A stretch of 64,000 nt of DNA from Cystobasidiomycetes sp. EMM_F5 (Eukaryota), in the NCBI GenBank assembly GCA_051047955.1, contig JBPGPT010000016.1:62001-126000 (forward strand), written 5' to 3'. Positions 1 through 11,647 of the stretch are shown here, in pieces; the stretch's first letter is position 1, and each line of letters begins with the position of its first letter. The position numbers were made by a program, and so were the translations under genes. The notes beneath the pieces are model-generated. The model had not been told where the DNA came from. It made no database searches and saw nothing but the letters and a program-made list of their open reading frames with translations.

Positions 1-935
1 CAACACTGATAAGACCGCATGATTAACCTCCTTTACATGCAGAGCTGCGGTATGCGTCACTCAATGATATATCTGATATATCTGAAGCTGAGCAAAGACT
101 CCCGTTTGCCGTTGCGTTACTTCCCTAGAATTTTCGCTGGAGGTGCCAATAAAAATTGTTTCCGCACTGATCCACTGTCAATTCATCCGGGTTGTTACTC
201 AGAATGTATTACGCTTCGCACTCTCTCCCCTGTATGTAGTCTAACACATATGCCAGGCGCTTACAAGCCTTCAGCGTCTGATTTCTGCTTCATGAGAGAC
301 GCTGTGGCCGACCTCGTTGAATGGACATAGACGGGACGGTCGAGATTCTGCGCCATGCGTCCGAAGTATTTTGCTAACCAGAATCACAGATGCTTAGGAT
401 ATGGAAACCGGATACGTGGGAACTTCGGGAAGTAAGACGGTTGCTGTCTCAAGAAAAACATCGCCACAAGCATACCAGGGATAGCCTCCGCACAGACAGA
501 AAAGCCTCGCGTGGCGGTGGTGCGGATGTTGGCCACACTACAAGATAGACAGCCTCTTTTCACAGCAGCACCAATTCTGCTCCCGTGCATCTTGCTACAT
601 CGTTTTAACTTCGCGTACTTCTCATCTCTCTCTGTCACATTGTCTGATATTCCCCTAACACCGTCGTCATTCATCTTCGTCATACAGTGTCGCGCTTCTT
701 GACATACCTCGCCATCATTTACTCCTTCCATGAGCCATATTGGACGAGGTCCCGGAGCAAGAACTCCCACGAATGTAGGCGAGTACACGATTGAGAGACC
801 TAGAACGTCAGTTGCGTTTCGCTTGCACTGGGCATGCTGAGCTGACCGTCTCAAAAATGGTACTGCAGGCGACGCGAGAATCCTCGGCAGAATCCCCTTG
901 CTTTCGATGACAGCAACGGTACGCTCATCTCCGAT

Positions 936-1766
936 ATGGCTGGTCATCTCGGTCGCTTGCTCTCCCCTCGCAACTTGACGCCGTTCAGGCCACCAATACC
1001 GCAACTTCCGGCCTCGAGCAGTCATTCCCGGACCCCTGCCAGCGGAGCATCATCAAGTGCCGGAAGAGACTCCGCGCCCGTGACTACCTCACGCGGACGT
1101 CATAAGCCTTCTGATTCAGACCCTATTATTGCTGGACAGTCCGCAAGTATTACACCAGGCAGTCTCGGTAGACGTCCTCCATCATCCGATGGGAGCAGTC
1201 CTTTCGATCCGACGAGAGTCTTTCCTCCTGGACCGCCTCAAGGCTCAATTTCTTGGTTTACTGGCTTTACCCGGCCCCCGCCTCCACCTCAATCCGCTTC
1301 CGTGTCACCGGTCATTCGTCCAAAGACCGCGACAGGAGTCTATGGTACTTCCATCCCACCGATAAGATCTACTGACGGCTTTATACCCCCAGTGCGTTTT
1401 TCTACTCCAGCGAGGCCAGCCACTACGGCCCCAACTTCTCATCCGAGCATATCGGCCGTAACGGACAGACGGTGTTCTTCGCTCGGTCTTCGACAGGCGC
1501 CTCCCTTGATTGGGTCAGATCCCGCTGTTCGTCCACCATCGCGAGGTGATGGGGCTGGAAAAGGAACACCTAGGGTGAATTCGCCAGCATCGTCGTCCAG
1601 CGACGAAAGAATTGTTTTTGTTCCGCGCAAGTATCGCTCTGCGACCGCTTCATCATCCTCTGGCACGACTCAGAGCGTCAAGAAATCTCTTCATTCGTAC
1701 CAAGGAAACGTCAACATGGCGGAGCTTGGTATGCGGACGAAATCAAGGTTTTTCCCACCTCAGTAA
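936..1766 (+). CDS. Hypothetical Ser/Pro/Arg-rich disordered protein (main exon; ends uncertain)
   Basis: 276-aa low-complexity ORF. The frame stays open upstream to a plausible acceptor at 868 (donor GTAGGC at 775), and there is a probable donor GTATGC near 1729. No recognisable domain. Confidence 0.35.
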   Translation: MAGHLGRLLSPRNLTPFRPPIPQLPASSSHSRTPASGASSSAGRDSAPVTTSRGRHKPSDSDPIIAGQSASITPGSLGRRPPSSDGSSPFDPTRVFPPGPPQGSISWFTGFTRPPPPPQSASVSPVIRPKTATGVYGTSIPPIRSTDGFIPPVRFSTPARPATTAPTSHPSISAVTDRRCSSLGLRQAPPLIGSDPAVRPPSRGDGAGKGTPRVNSPASSSSDERIVFVPRKYRSATASSSSGTTQSVKKSLHSYQGNVNMAELGMRTKSRFFPPQ

Positions 1767-2317
1767 CAAGACCCCACTATAAAGCCGCAGCAGTAGTTCA
1801 CGGGTGTACAAAGGCAGACTGAAATCTACTTTTGTTTGCAAGTAGGCGTGATATTGGCACAGTGCACGAGACAGCCTATGCGAATTGTCGGAGACCCTCC
1901 TACTTTGCGTACAAGCGGCACCCTGTCCTCTACTGCTTCCTCGCCAGCTCCATCATGATTTGCAAAGCGACTGATCAATCTTGCTCCATATCCCCTGAGT
2001 AATGACAGCCGAAGCGTTGGTGCGCATCTTCCTTTGCTTCTACGCGATTCGGAGTGTACGCTGCATTTGCGCACGCGGGATCTTAATGGAACAAAGGGAG
2101 CACGCGCATCTGTAGCCACTAAAGGGATGTGGGCTGTGTAAGACAATCGCCTGTCGTGCGAGCACATCGCCTCCCCTTAGTGCATCCTGAGAATCCCCGA
2201 CACAGCCAAGCACTGCTCGAGTGTTCTCATAGGTTGGCTGAAATATCCAAGCTCACGCTTTTCTTATCACCCTTGCTTCCTCAGACCAACCCAACACGCC
2301 GAACCAATCCCCTTACG

Positions 2318-2808
2318 ATGTTCAACAGTTCTGGCACACGAGCCCGCAGTGAGAGTCGACCTAACAAGTAAGCACAGCATTTGGCTGGTATCATAATCAT
2401 GCGACTGACCCAGAAGCTCGAACTTCCAGCGTACGTTCTTCTGGTTCTGAGCGCGTATCGAGTACGTCCAGAGTCAGATCGTCTTCCGTGACAGCACGAC
2501 TTGAACCAATAATGCGCGGGCGTTCACGCGTGCCAGTACCAGCTGGAGGGGCACTCAACCAGCAAAGCGGCATGAGCTCCTCGGGTGGGTCGCAAAATGC
2601 TACCACCACCAAACAAGCATCGCGTTCGCCTCCTCCTCCTCATGCTGGTCGTATTGGCTCACAGAGCGCTCACCGTACAGGGCCTCCCAAAGCAGTCGAT
2701 TACAGGTCCCGCCGAATTGAACACAATTACCTGTATTCTGCCGCTAGAGACAGACCTCTCGAAGACGATGATCGCTTTACGCATTCGCAACTTTTCCGAT
2801 TCAATTAA
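2318..2808 (+). CDS. Small hypothetical Ser/Arg-rich protein (2 exons)
   Basis: ATG at 2318. A predicted intron (GTGAGA at 2349 to CTGAC..CAG at 2413) joins in frame to ORF 2488-2808, giving MFNSSGTRARKARTSSVRSS... Confidence 0.4.
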
Positions 2809-3155
2809 GGCTGCCGTCAAATTAGGTTTGCCATCCCCTCTTGCATATGTCAGCCGGCAGGTTCCGCCTAGCACAGTCAGTTGGAAGAGCGCTTCAACAG
2901 AGGTCGTCAAACTCAGCCATCACCGATTGCTTGTGTTTTATGTTGCTGGACAACTTCGGAGGCCTCTAAGAGCCTGCTCTTCTTTGCAAGAAGCAGACAC
3001 TCCCATCGCGTCTCTGCTTGGTTCCATATAACTAACTCGAGTTATTAGACAGTATCACATGCATGCCTGATATTCTTGTACAACATCATTCAGCTGGCCC
3101 TGAAACACGTTGTAACAGCAATTCGATACCCAATCTCGATGCCTGTATCTTGCCA

Positions 3156-5098
3156 CTATAATTCGAAAAGCGGTTGCTGATTCTGTTGTTGTTGTTGCTG
3201 CTGCTGCTGTTGTTGTCGCTGGAACGGATTCGTACCGGCATTCCTTCCATATCTCAGTGCTCCCACGTTTCCGAACGTATCAACACCGTCATCGCGGTTA
3301 CCCAACAAGCTCGCAAGATGAGCGTGTTTGCCATCATCTCTGGGAGGCTTGACGGCTTGCGGAGTGGGAGTAGGTTGAACAGGCATAGGCGGTGCAGGTG
3401 ATGTACTTGGTTTTGGCGCAAATGCTGCAAATGGATTATTGGAGCCGATCGACGTTGTCTGTGGCACGAGAGGCGCTGGCTGCTGCATCTGCATCTGTTG
3501 AGCAGCTAGCTGTTGTTGATACAGCATCTGCTGTTGCTGAAGTGCCTGCTGTTGGAGCATGGCGTTGTATGCGTCTTGTTCGGCTTGTGCTTGCGCAGCA
3601 GCTTGCATTTGAGCTTGCAGCTCCATCTGTACGTTTACAATAAAGTCAGTGAGTTTGCCGATGTAAGGGCCATGCCAGGAGACATGAAGCTTACCTGTCT
3701 CTGCATCTCGAGCATCTGCTGTTGCCTCATCCACTCTTCTTGCTGTTGCTGCTGTTGAGCAGCATAAGGATTAAAGCTAGCAAAGCCGGTTGGTTGCGGC
3801 TGAACAGCTGGACCTGGATCAAGCAGCGAGTCCCATCCCATATTGTCTCTCGGCTGCGAATTTGGGTTATCTGGATCAAACAAGCGACCTCCATTACCCT
3901 CCAGAGCACGCTTCCGCCTCTCTTCCTCCTCCTGCGACAAGCGAATGGCTTTTGCGATATCGTCCTCCTCAGCTCTGAGACGCCGTGTCCGGTCAGCGTC
4001 TGCATTGGCAGACCGTTTACTCTCCTCCAGAGCGCGTGCGAAATCGTCATCTTCTGGGTTCGGAGGTCGTTCCTGTGCTCGTCGCATCGCTGCTCGAGCC
4101 TTTGCGACAGACTCGTCTTCTTCATCGCTATCTCTCGAGCCCCTTCTACCGCCATTCATCCGATCCCGCATGTCTGATCTCTGCCTTCTTTGCGACCGAA
4201 TGCGGGCGTCGTCCTGCAGCAGATTGACGATATCCTTCGCCTTCTGACGAACTGTGAGACCATTAATCATCGTAAGTATACAGTAGGCTTCATGCAAGTT
4301 CCAATGCAGTAACAACCGACCATTCGCGCCTTGATCCTTTCCATCCTCATCTACGAAGACAAACTCTCGCAAAGTCTTGACGAGGTAGATGTTCTCCTGG
4401 AAGTACAGGACTACATTTTCTGAACCGGCATGCAGTATATAATCGAGAACAGTAAGCGTTTTGAAGACGTGCCTCCAATTCTTGCCCTTGTCGTTCATTC
4501 TGCGATCCATTGTTTCCTGGAGGCCATGGCATACTCTGAATTCTGTGATTGACAGTCATTGAATATAGACTGGCCTCACCATTATCTCGATAAAGTCTTG
4601 CTGGTTGTATGTCGCCTGAGCAATCTCATTCATTTCCGAGCCAGATGGGCCCCACGGGTCATTTGACGTAGCATGTCTGACTTTGAGTTGCATGTCACTA
4701 TTGGTGTGCGTGCGTGCGTGCCGTGGTTCGATGGCGAGAATCCGAGATCGGTCATTGAATGTACATTTGATGCGGGACGCGTGACATGCGGACGAGGCGA
4801 AACATCAGCTGATGCATTGATAACCGATTGCACATGCCGGTAGTTGCTCAGGTCGAATAGCGACAGTCGGGGAGTCCTGGCTGGTCCCCCTACTGCTGCT
4901 ATCAACACAGCCCGCTGTAGCGGGACGCCATTGAGCGATTGGACAATACGTACGAGTAGCCTTTGGTACTGCATCAGCGATGTCATAGTCAGTATGTATG
5001 ATCATGCAAACGCTACCCTTCCCTCACTAATTCTTTGCAATCCGCATCGCTTGGCGGCTGACATTCTGGAGTGGTCCGGGTATCGATTTCGAAGTCAT
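3156..5098 (-). CDS. ENT1: Epsin (ENTH domain, 2 UIMs, NPF motifs), endocytic adaptor
   Basis: Spliced ENTH sequence AMRIAKNYTKGYSDMQLKVRHATSNDPWGP...DKGKNWRHVFKTLTVLDY. UIMs DDDFARALEESKR and EDDIAKAIRLSQEE, NPF motifs, poly-Q, and a clathrin-box-like C-terminus PLFEL. ENT1 versus ENT2 naming cannot be resolved. Confidence 0.95.
3178..3216 (-). repeat. CAG/CAA trinucleotide run encoding poly-Q at the epsin C-terminus
   Basis: TGT/TGC repeats on the + strand translate on the - strand as QRQQQQQQQQQQQNQQ. Confidence 0.85.
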
Positions 5099-5617
5099 GG
5101 TTTATTGAGACAGGGTGTGCGCAGTGGTAGTCAAGAGCAGCGTCAGTGGATAGCTCCCCGGACGACGCGGACTGATTTGTCCTGAGTGTTTTCAGAAATG
5201 GCGTCAGAGTGAGGCTGGCTGCGGGCGATACGTCAGGAGGAGAGTGCTCACTTTGTTACCTTTATCGAGTCAGTCATGGCAGCGCTCTCGAGTAGACACA
5301 ACACAAGCAGCAGCAGAACAACATTCGCAGACCTCTTACTCTACCGTCACTCGCTTCTGTGGGCGCTCAACGGCAACAACGTCCAAAGCAAGTGGCAACG
5401 ATGGGGACACCCACACTAGACTTTGCAGCAAATGGATGGGTTTATCATTCATAAAGAAGCTCGGAGCGACTGACAGCGTGGCACATTGACTATGATGAGG
5501 TAAAGACTACATGAAGCAGGTCAGATGAGGGGAAAATACGAGCATAGGCTTTTTATGTAATGTGGAGATGAATATTGAACGACTCCAGTGTCCATGGTTG
5601 ATCACGAGCGACTGATC

Positions 5618-7304
5618 CTACAATAGGAAGACAGCGGCCAGACCGACGAGCAGCAATCCAGTCAGGCCAGATGCAACGGGTCTGGAGGCAGAGTTTGGTG
5701 TAGTGCTCGTCGCTTTAGCAGCGGCAGACGCAGTAGATCCAGCATTGGCAGCATTGCCTGGTGCTCTAGTAATAGTCGACGTGACGCCATTCGACACGAC
5801 AACAGAGACAGACGGCGCACTAGTATTGGCAGCTGCCCTAGAGGATGACGTCGTGTTGGGTGGGTTGGCGCTCGCATACGCTGCCATGCTTGCAAACAGG
5901 CTGCTAGAGTTGTAGTTTGTGCACGAGCTGGTGCCCGGGATGAACGGCTGGTACGGTGGGGAGAAGTTTGTGACTTCCTCGCCTGGCTGGTACCATGTCG
6001 ATGTCTTGCCGTTTGTTACGTATACACCGACTGGGAGCTGATCGTCACCCTTGCACGACTGGAAGGTTCCATTGATGGCATTGTAGTTTGCGGGCATGTT
6101 GTATGTGCATCCAGAGCTGTGCAGAACAACGTCTCAGTGAAAGTTATCGACATCGGACGAAGCGCACTCACCGATCGTAGACATTGTTGCACAAATTCCA
6201 CGAGTCTGGAGTGTTTGGGTTGCAAGCCTTGAAGCAAAAGATGCCGCTGCCTACAAAGTAGTTCCACTGAATTGGCACGTCTCAGTCGCTTCGTAAGCAG
6301 AGCATTCGAACTTGTGCCGACCTACCTGAGGAACCTGTTGAATACCTTGGCCAAACGCAGACGAGTACAAAAGTCCACCGAGTGCATTGCCTCGTCCATC
6401 TGCTCCATGCGGGTCCTCCTCACCGCCATAGTCGTCAGACTTGAGGTTGAGAGCTGTCTGATCAATGAAGCCGATAATCTCAATGTAGTGCGGAGTGGTG
6501 ATACTGAGCGCATCAATGTGTCAGAAGTGATGAAAACAAATGACAGAGCAGCGCGACGTACTATTGCAGACCGCTGATTGCGCCGGGTGGCAGGACTCGC
6601 GAGCCGTACTTCGCATTTGTACACGCAGCCACCATTTCTCCCTCCACATTTCCTACGAGCTCATTTGGATCGGGAGACGCCCAGATCTAGAGCACGACGT
6701 CAGGAAGTGTAAGTCCGTAATTGATAGGGTTGCTCACGCAAAAGTCATCTGGCCCATTGATGTGCAGGGTCTGCAGAATGCAAGTCAGAAACCAATTTGG
6801 GCCAAAGCCGAGTGATCAAGAAGGCTCACAGCACACTGCGAGTTTGGTCCAAGAGTGGTCGAATTGCAGATGTTGTAGCCTGTTTGGCAAGTAAACGTCA
6901 ACATTCATGTTGTGACGCGCTCATTTCACCACCCCCCAAAATAGAATTGGGCAGAGCACCGCATACCTTGCATAGTTCCGCGAGGACCATCACCGCTGTC
7001 TGCCTTGTAGGGCAAGTTGGGCCATTGGAAGCGCTGTAGAGTAGAGTAGATATCGATGCCTCCGTCAGCCGAGTCCGAGATGGCTGGGTCTCAGCAGCGA
7101 CGCGATCCAAGTTGGGCAGCGCCACTCGCGAAGGATCTGGCGGCTCACCTTTGAGAATAGCGGAACATTGGCACCCGTGTCCTGCGTGACCGTGTAGACT
7201 GTCGTGTATGAGCTATTCTTGATGGTGACCGTCTCTGCGCCAGCGACGCTCTGAGCCAGCAAGAGCGTCGAGACTGCCGCGAGTGTCGAAATGAAGGTGG
7301 CCAT
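5618..7304 (-). CDS. MP88/macrophage-activating glycoprotein family secreted, probably GPI-anchored, mannoprotein (paralog A, 8 exons)
   Basis: Signal peptide MATFISTLAAVSTLLLAQSVAG. Spliced motifs PYKADSGDGPRG, GYNICNSTT, DDFCIWASP, GGEEDPHGADGRGNALGGL and FCFKAC..YDRSGCTYNMP. Ser/Thr stalk and hydrophobic C-terminus. Confidence 0.88.
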
Positions 7305-7596
7305 TGCTGATGGTAAAATTGGCAGGTGTTGCGGTGTGGTGTGGTGTGTACTAGGTGCGACTGCGACCGATGTGTGCGTCCTAAACAAGTCCCAGGTCGG
7401 TCAAGATTGAAAACAAAAATTGAAGAAAAGGGCTGACTGCGCTTCTGCCTCGCGCGTCCGAGTCTGTGCGCGTTTCGGTGGCGGTGATCAGAACTAGCTC
7501 ACAAAGACCTGGTATGTAGCAAGCGTATAACACATAGGAAACAAACAACAACACGCTCGACATTTGATGCACACATATAGCTCTCTTCTAATCGAT

Positions 7597-9218
7597 TCAC
7601 AGTACCGCCACAAAAGCAAACGCGACACCAAACAATGCGGCAGCAGTCGACACGACCCCGCGCCCTACTGCTCCGTTACTACCAGAAGTGGTAGACGATG
7701 TCGCTGTCGATTGGATTCCGCCATCAGTAGAAGCAGCCGAGTTGGACGAAGTTGAGGACGAGGGAGAAATTGACGCTTGATACGCGGCAATATCGGAAAA
7801 CAAGCTCGGCGACGAGTACGTCGAGCACTGACTAGACGAAGGTGTGAAGGGAACGTACGGAACCGAAGGCTCGACACCTTCGGGTGGCTGCGACCAGGTC
7901 ATAGTCTGCCCATTTGTCACATAGACTCCGACCGGCAACTGGTTGTCCCCTGCACAGCTTTCAAACGTGCCATTGATGTGCGCATAGTCGGCAGGCATAT
8001 TGAAGGTGCATCCGACACGGTCATATCGATTCTCACACAATCCGAAGGCCGACGGATTGGTTGGATCACATGCCTTCAAGCAAAAGATACCTGCAAGATG
8101 CATCTGCTTGAGTACTCTAACGCACACGCAAGCAAGTGCACGGTCACTTACCCGAGCCAACAAAGTAGTTCCACTATGGGTTTCCAAGCAAGGGGAATCA
8201 TACTTCTCAGCTTTTCATGACGGCTGTATCCTCGACGCCAGCCCACCTGAACAACTTGCTGGATACTATTGCCAAAAGCAGAAGAGTACACGAGTCCACC
8301 TAGCGGGTTGCCGCGATTATCGGCACCGTGCTGTGTTGGGCACAACTCGTCAATATGTTACGTAGCGAATGAATGCACGACCCACAGGATCTTCTTCTCC
8401 ACCAGTGTCGTCGTGCTTGAGACTCAACGCAGTCTGGTCAATGTAGCCAATGATCTCGAGGTAGCCAGGAGTCTTCACACTAGGCCAGTCATAGGGCAGT
8501 CTTAGCCGGGCTCCTTGTAATCTTGAGCAAAGGCTGGACTTACACCTGTACTCCACTCAAAGCGCCGGGTGGGATCACGCGTGATCCATGCTTTGCATTC
8601 GTGCAGTAGCTGCACCGGCAACTTCAGCTGGCAGGTCACACAGTATGCAGGGGGAATAGCCTACGCAACAAGCTGCTCTTCATCCTCGCCAACAGTACTG
8701 TTGGGTACGGGCGAGCCCCAGATCTGTAACAAGACCAAGCAGTCAGTCAATCCAGCCACTCACAGTGTGTACCGCTTACACAAAAATCATCGATGCTGTT
8801 GACCCATAGTGTCTGACACATAGACTTTGGCCCGAGGGTTGTTGAATTGCAGATGTTGTATCCCTGATGATCACCTCGTAAGTCCAATGAGCAGTGCGTC
8901 GAAATGTATGCTTGAGCACACCTGCTGGGTTCCCCTCGGACCATCTCCGCTGTCGGCGTGGTATGGCAGATTAGGCCAAGTAAATTTCTTGGATGCTGGT
9001 ATCATACAGAATGCTCAGCTGTTGTGAGTGTTGGAGAGCTTTCAACGATTCTAATACGTACCGAGATTCACATTGCCGCCAGTGTCTTGGGTGACAGCGT
9101 AGATTTGCGTCGTATCGCTTCCTTTGAGGGTATACGGACCACTCTGAGCAGCTGTGCTGCACACAAGGACACTTAATACAGCTAGAGCTTTTTCGATACT
9201 GTTAGCGGCAAGCAACAT
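7597..9218 (-). CDS. MP88/macrophage-activating glycoprotein family mannoprotein (paralog B, 9 exons)
   Basis: Same motif series (PYHADSGDGPRG, GYNICNSTT, DDFCIWGSP, GGEEDPHGADNRGNPLGGL, YDRVGCTFNMP), with a signal peptide and a GPI-type hydrophobic tail. Confidence 0.88.
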
Positions 9219-9648
9219 GGGCGGGTTTGGCAGGAAAGGAGAGGTATGGCAAAAGCATTGAGAGAGAGGGTCATGTCTGTTCGTGTGCAGTCTTCACTAC
9301 ACGTAGAAGGGGATTAGTCCGGTTCGTTGCCAATGCGACCGTCCAAACATCCACCATCAGTCTCGGACCGTGTGCGCGCGCCTCAAGACCTCTCAACGCG
9401 TCAAGTCGAAGCAGGCCTGAACGAGAGAAGCATCAGCATTTGTTTGATTGATAACGGTCCATGTCCTCCAAGTCATTGCAGATTCAACAAGAGCAGGAGA
9501 GCGCTCGCAACCAAGTCATGGCTTCGACGGCCAAGCCGAGCGTATCGATCGAGTCCAGCGGGCGACCGGACCAATGCATCAGCTGTAAACCCGAACAGCC
9601 GGCATAGCTTGCCTCTGCATCAATACAGCTGCCATTCACAATCTGACC

Positions 9649-11188
9649 ATGATATTCAAGCGGAAACAAGCTCCGCATGCCCCGATTACAGTAGACCCTC
9701 CCATCTTTGACACAGTCCCTCCCCTCTACATCGTTTACCCGCATGCAGTACTCCCCGGAAGCCAAGCTCCCAAGTTTACTACAATCTCTGGAAGATTTGC
9801 CATAGATCTGAAAGAACCGGAAACACTGACGGAGATTGTTGCGAAATTGGTGCCCCGATATTTTGCGCACGTACGTGAATCAATAGGCCGCACGGGCACA
9901 GAGCTCCGAAGACGACTGATCAATGATTGTTCTCTTGTGACACAGCATGGCAGTCACACCGACAGTGGACAACTATCGTCAATACCTTGCCGCATCCAAG
10001 CGCCGGGCCGGCTAGAAGCAGGTCGGCACGAGTGAGTCCACCACAAACATTAACGGCAAGGGCGATGCTGACTCATGTCAGGCTGCCATTCGTCTTTGAC
10101 CTGCCTTGCACTTCGTGGCACCGCTCGCACATGGTCATGATCAATGCGAAAAACGAGTATGGAATCCAAACTATGGATGACGACGATATCTACATGCGAT
10201 ACTTTGCGTGGGAGTTGCATTTCACACGTCGTATGCCAGATGGAAGCACTTCTATCTACGTCGATGAATTCCCGAACCGAGATATGCCCTTCAAAGCTAT
10301 AGCCCTAAGCCATCCTGGCGAATCGACAAGATTAGCCAAGATGTGGAGGGAATCGTATCACGTCAAGACTTTTGTCTTGGTCTCTAGCCCATCAGATCCA
10401 GGAGAATTACCGCCTCCCTTAGAGTAGGCTCACAGTTGCATACGTCGGCTGACCAAGCTGACTGAACGCTGCTTAGACGGGTTATAGAGGAATGGGCACC
10501 GCAAAGCGGGCCCATCAATCTGATTCTGACATCGAGGTGCTTTACAGTTGGCAGCCTGCTCAATATCAATCTCGTTCTGCCAGATGTCCCTACCTCCAGC
10601 ACTATCACAAGGATACGAGGTCTCATCATCCAGTACGATCAATGGAAGTCGCCACGCCAGGACGGACCATCTTGGCAGTTCGATCCAATACGAATGACAT
10701 TCCTGAATCTTGCGCCGCCCTTCGAACGGACAGGCAACACTGTGACTCTGGCCACATCGGCACGCTTGCCAGACGATCGTTTCTTATCGCCTAGCACGCT
10801 AAAGTTTGTTCAGACCCCGCTTCCAATACACCATGAGTTTGCGTTGGAAATCGAAGTTACCGACGAGAAGCAACGCAAGAAATTGTTGACAGTCAAGACG
10901 CCTGTAGTTATTGCACATGTGCGTCGCAGCGCAAGTGGCTACATGGAACTGTTCTAGGCTGACCACCTTCATATACATACAAAGTGCATGCTCATCAGCG
11001 AATTGCTACATCTCCCGCGGTATGGTGATTTGGCGCAACCGCGATCCAAATTTCAACCCGAACGGCTTGACGAGAGATATTGCTGTGCTTGCGGTTTCAC
11101 GATGGCACAGCTAATTGAGCGTGAGAGTGAAGGTATCCTGCCGGATGAGGCTCTGGCAACATACGAAGTGAAGGCAAGAACGCCTTGA
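9649..11188 (+). CDS. Divergent alpha-arrestin-like protein (5 exons)
   Basis: Spliced product has arrestin-like segments ISGRFAIDLKEPETL, LEAGRHELPFVFDLP and ARLPDDRFLSPST..IHHEFALEIEV. The tail carries an LPRY (LPxY) motif and CCACG. Confidence 0.65.
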
Positions 11189-11647
11189 TGCATGCCTGGC
11201 AACATCTAGGGCGTAACGGCCAGCAATGTCATACCACGAAGATCGCTCACGGCTCTGACATAGTTCCGTACACTCGCAAGGTATGAGCATCGCGATAGCC
11301 GTGCGCAGTCTGCGCAATCATTTTCGAGCCAATAACCAACATGTGGGCGCTCTCAAATGGGCCAAGCTGTACACAGCCATGCGTAAGCTCGTCTCAAATG
11401 GAATAGCCAAATACGCAGAATGCAAAAAATGCATGATCACAGGCAACGAGAGGTTTCATTGTGCTTCCAAGGTATGTTTTGGAGACGTGATTCGATGGGA
11501 GTGCTTACAACAAGATACTGAAGGTATCGTAAAGCATTACGATCATGATTATCTAAGCTGGCAAACAGCTAGGTGTAGCTGCTGATTAAGAGACTGCAAG
11601 AGAGAAATAGAATAGCGATGTAGAGGTCCGCCAGCCGTGTTGTTGTT

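Noticed and set aside
4698..4953. TPP riboswitch or canonical snoRNA in the long epsin intron
   Set aside because: No TPP aptamer core (CUGAGA..., UGGAUAAU.CCAGCG) and no clear C/D box pair. The host gene is also unrelated to thiamine.
6620..6660. Apparent frameshift in MP88 paralog A
   Set aside because: Re-reading gives AAT GTG GAG GGA GAA ATG GTG, which is in frame. The gene is intact.
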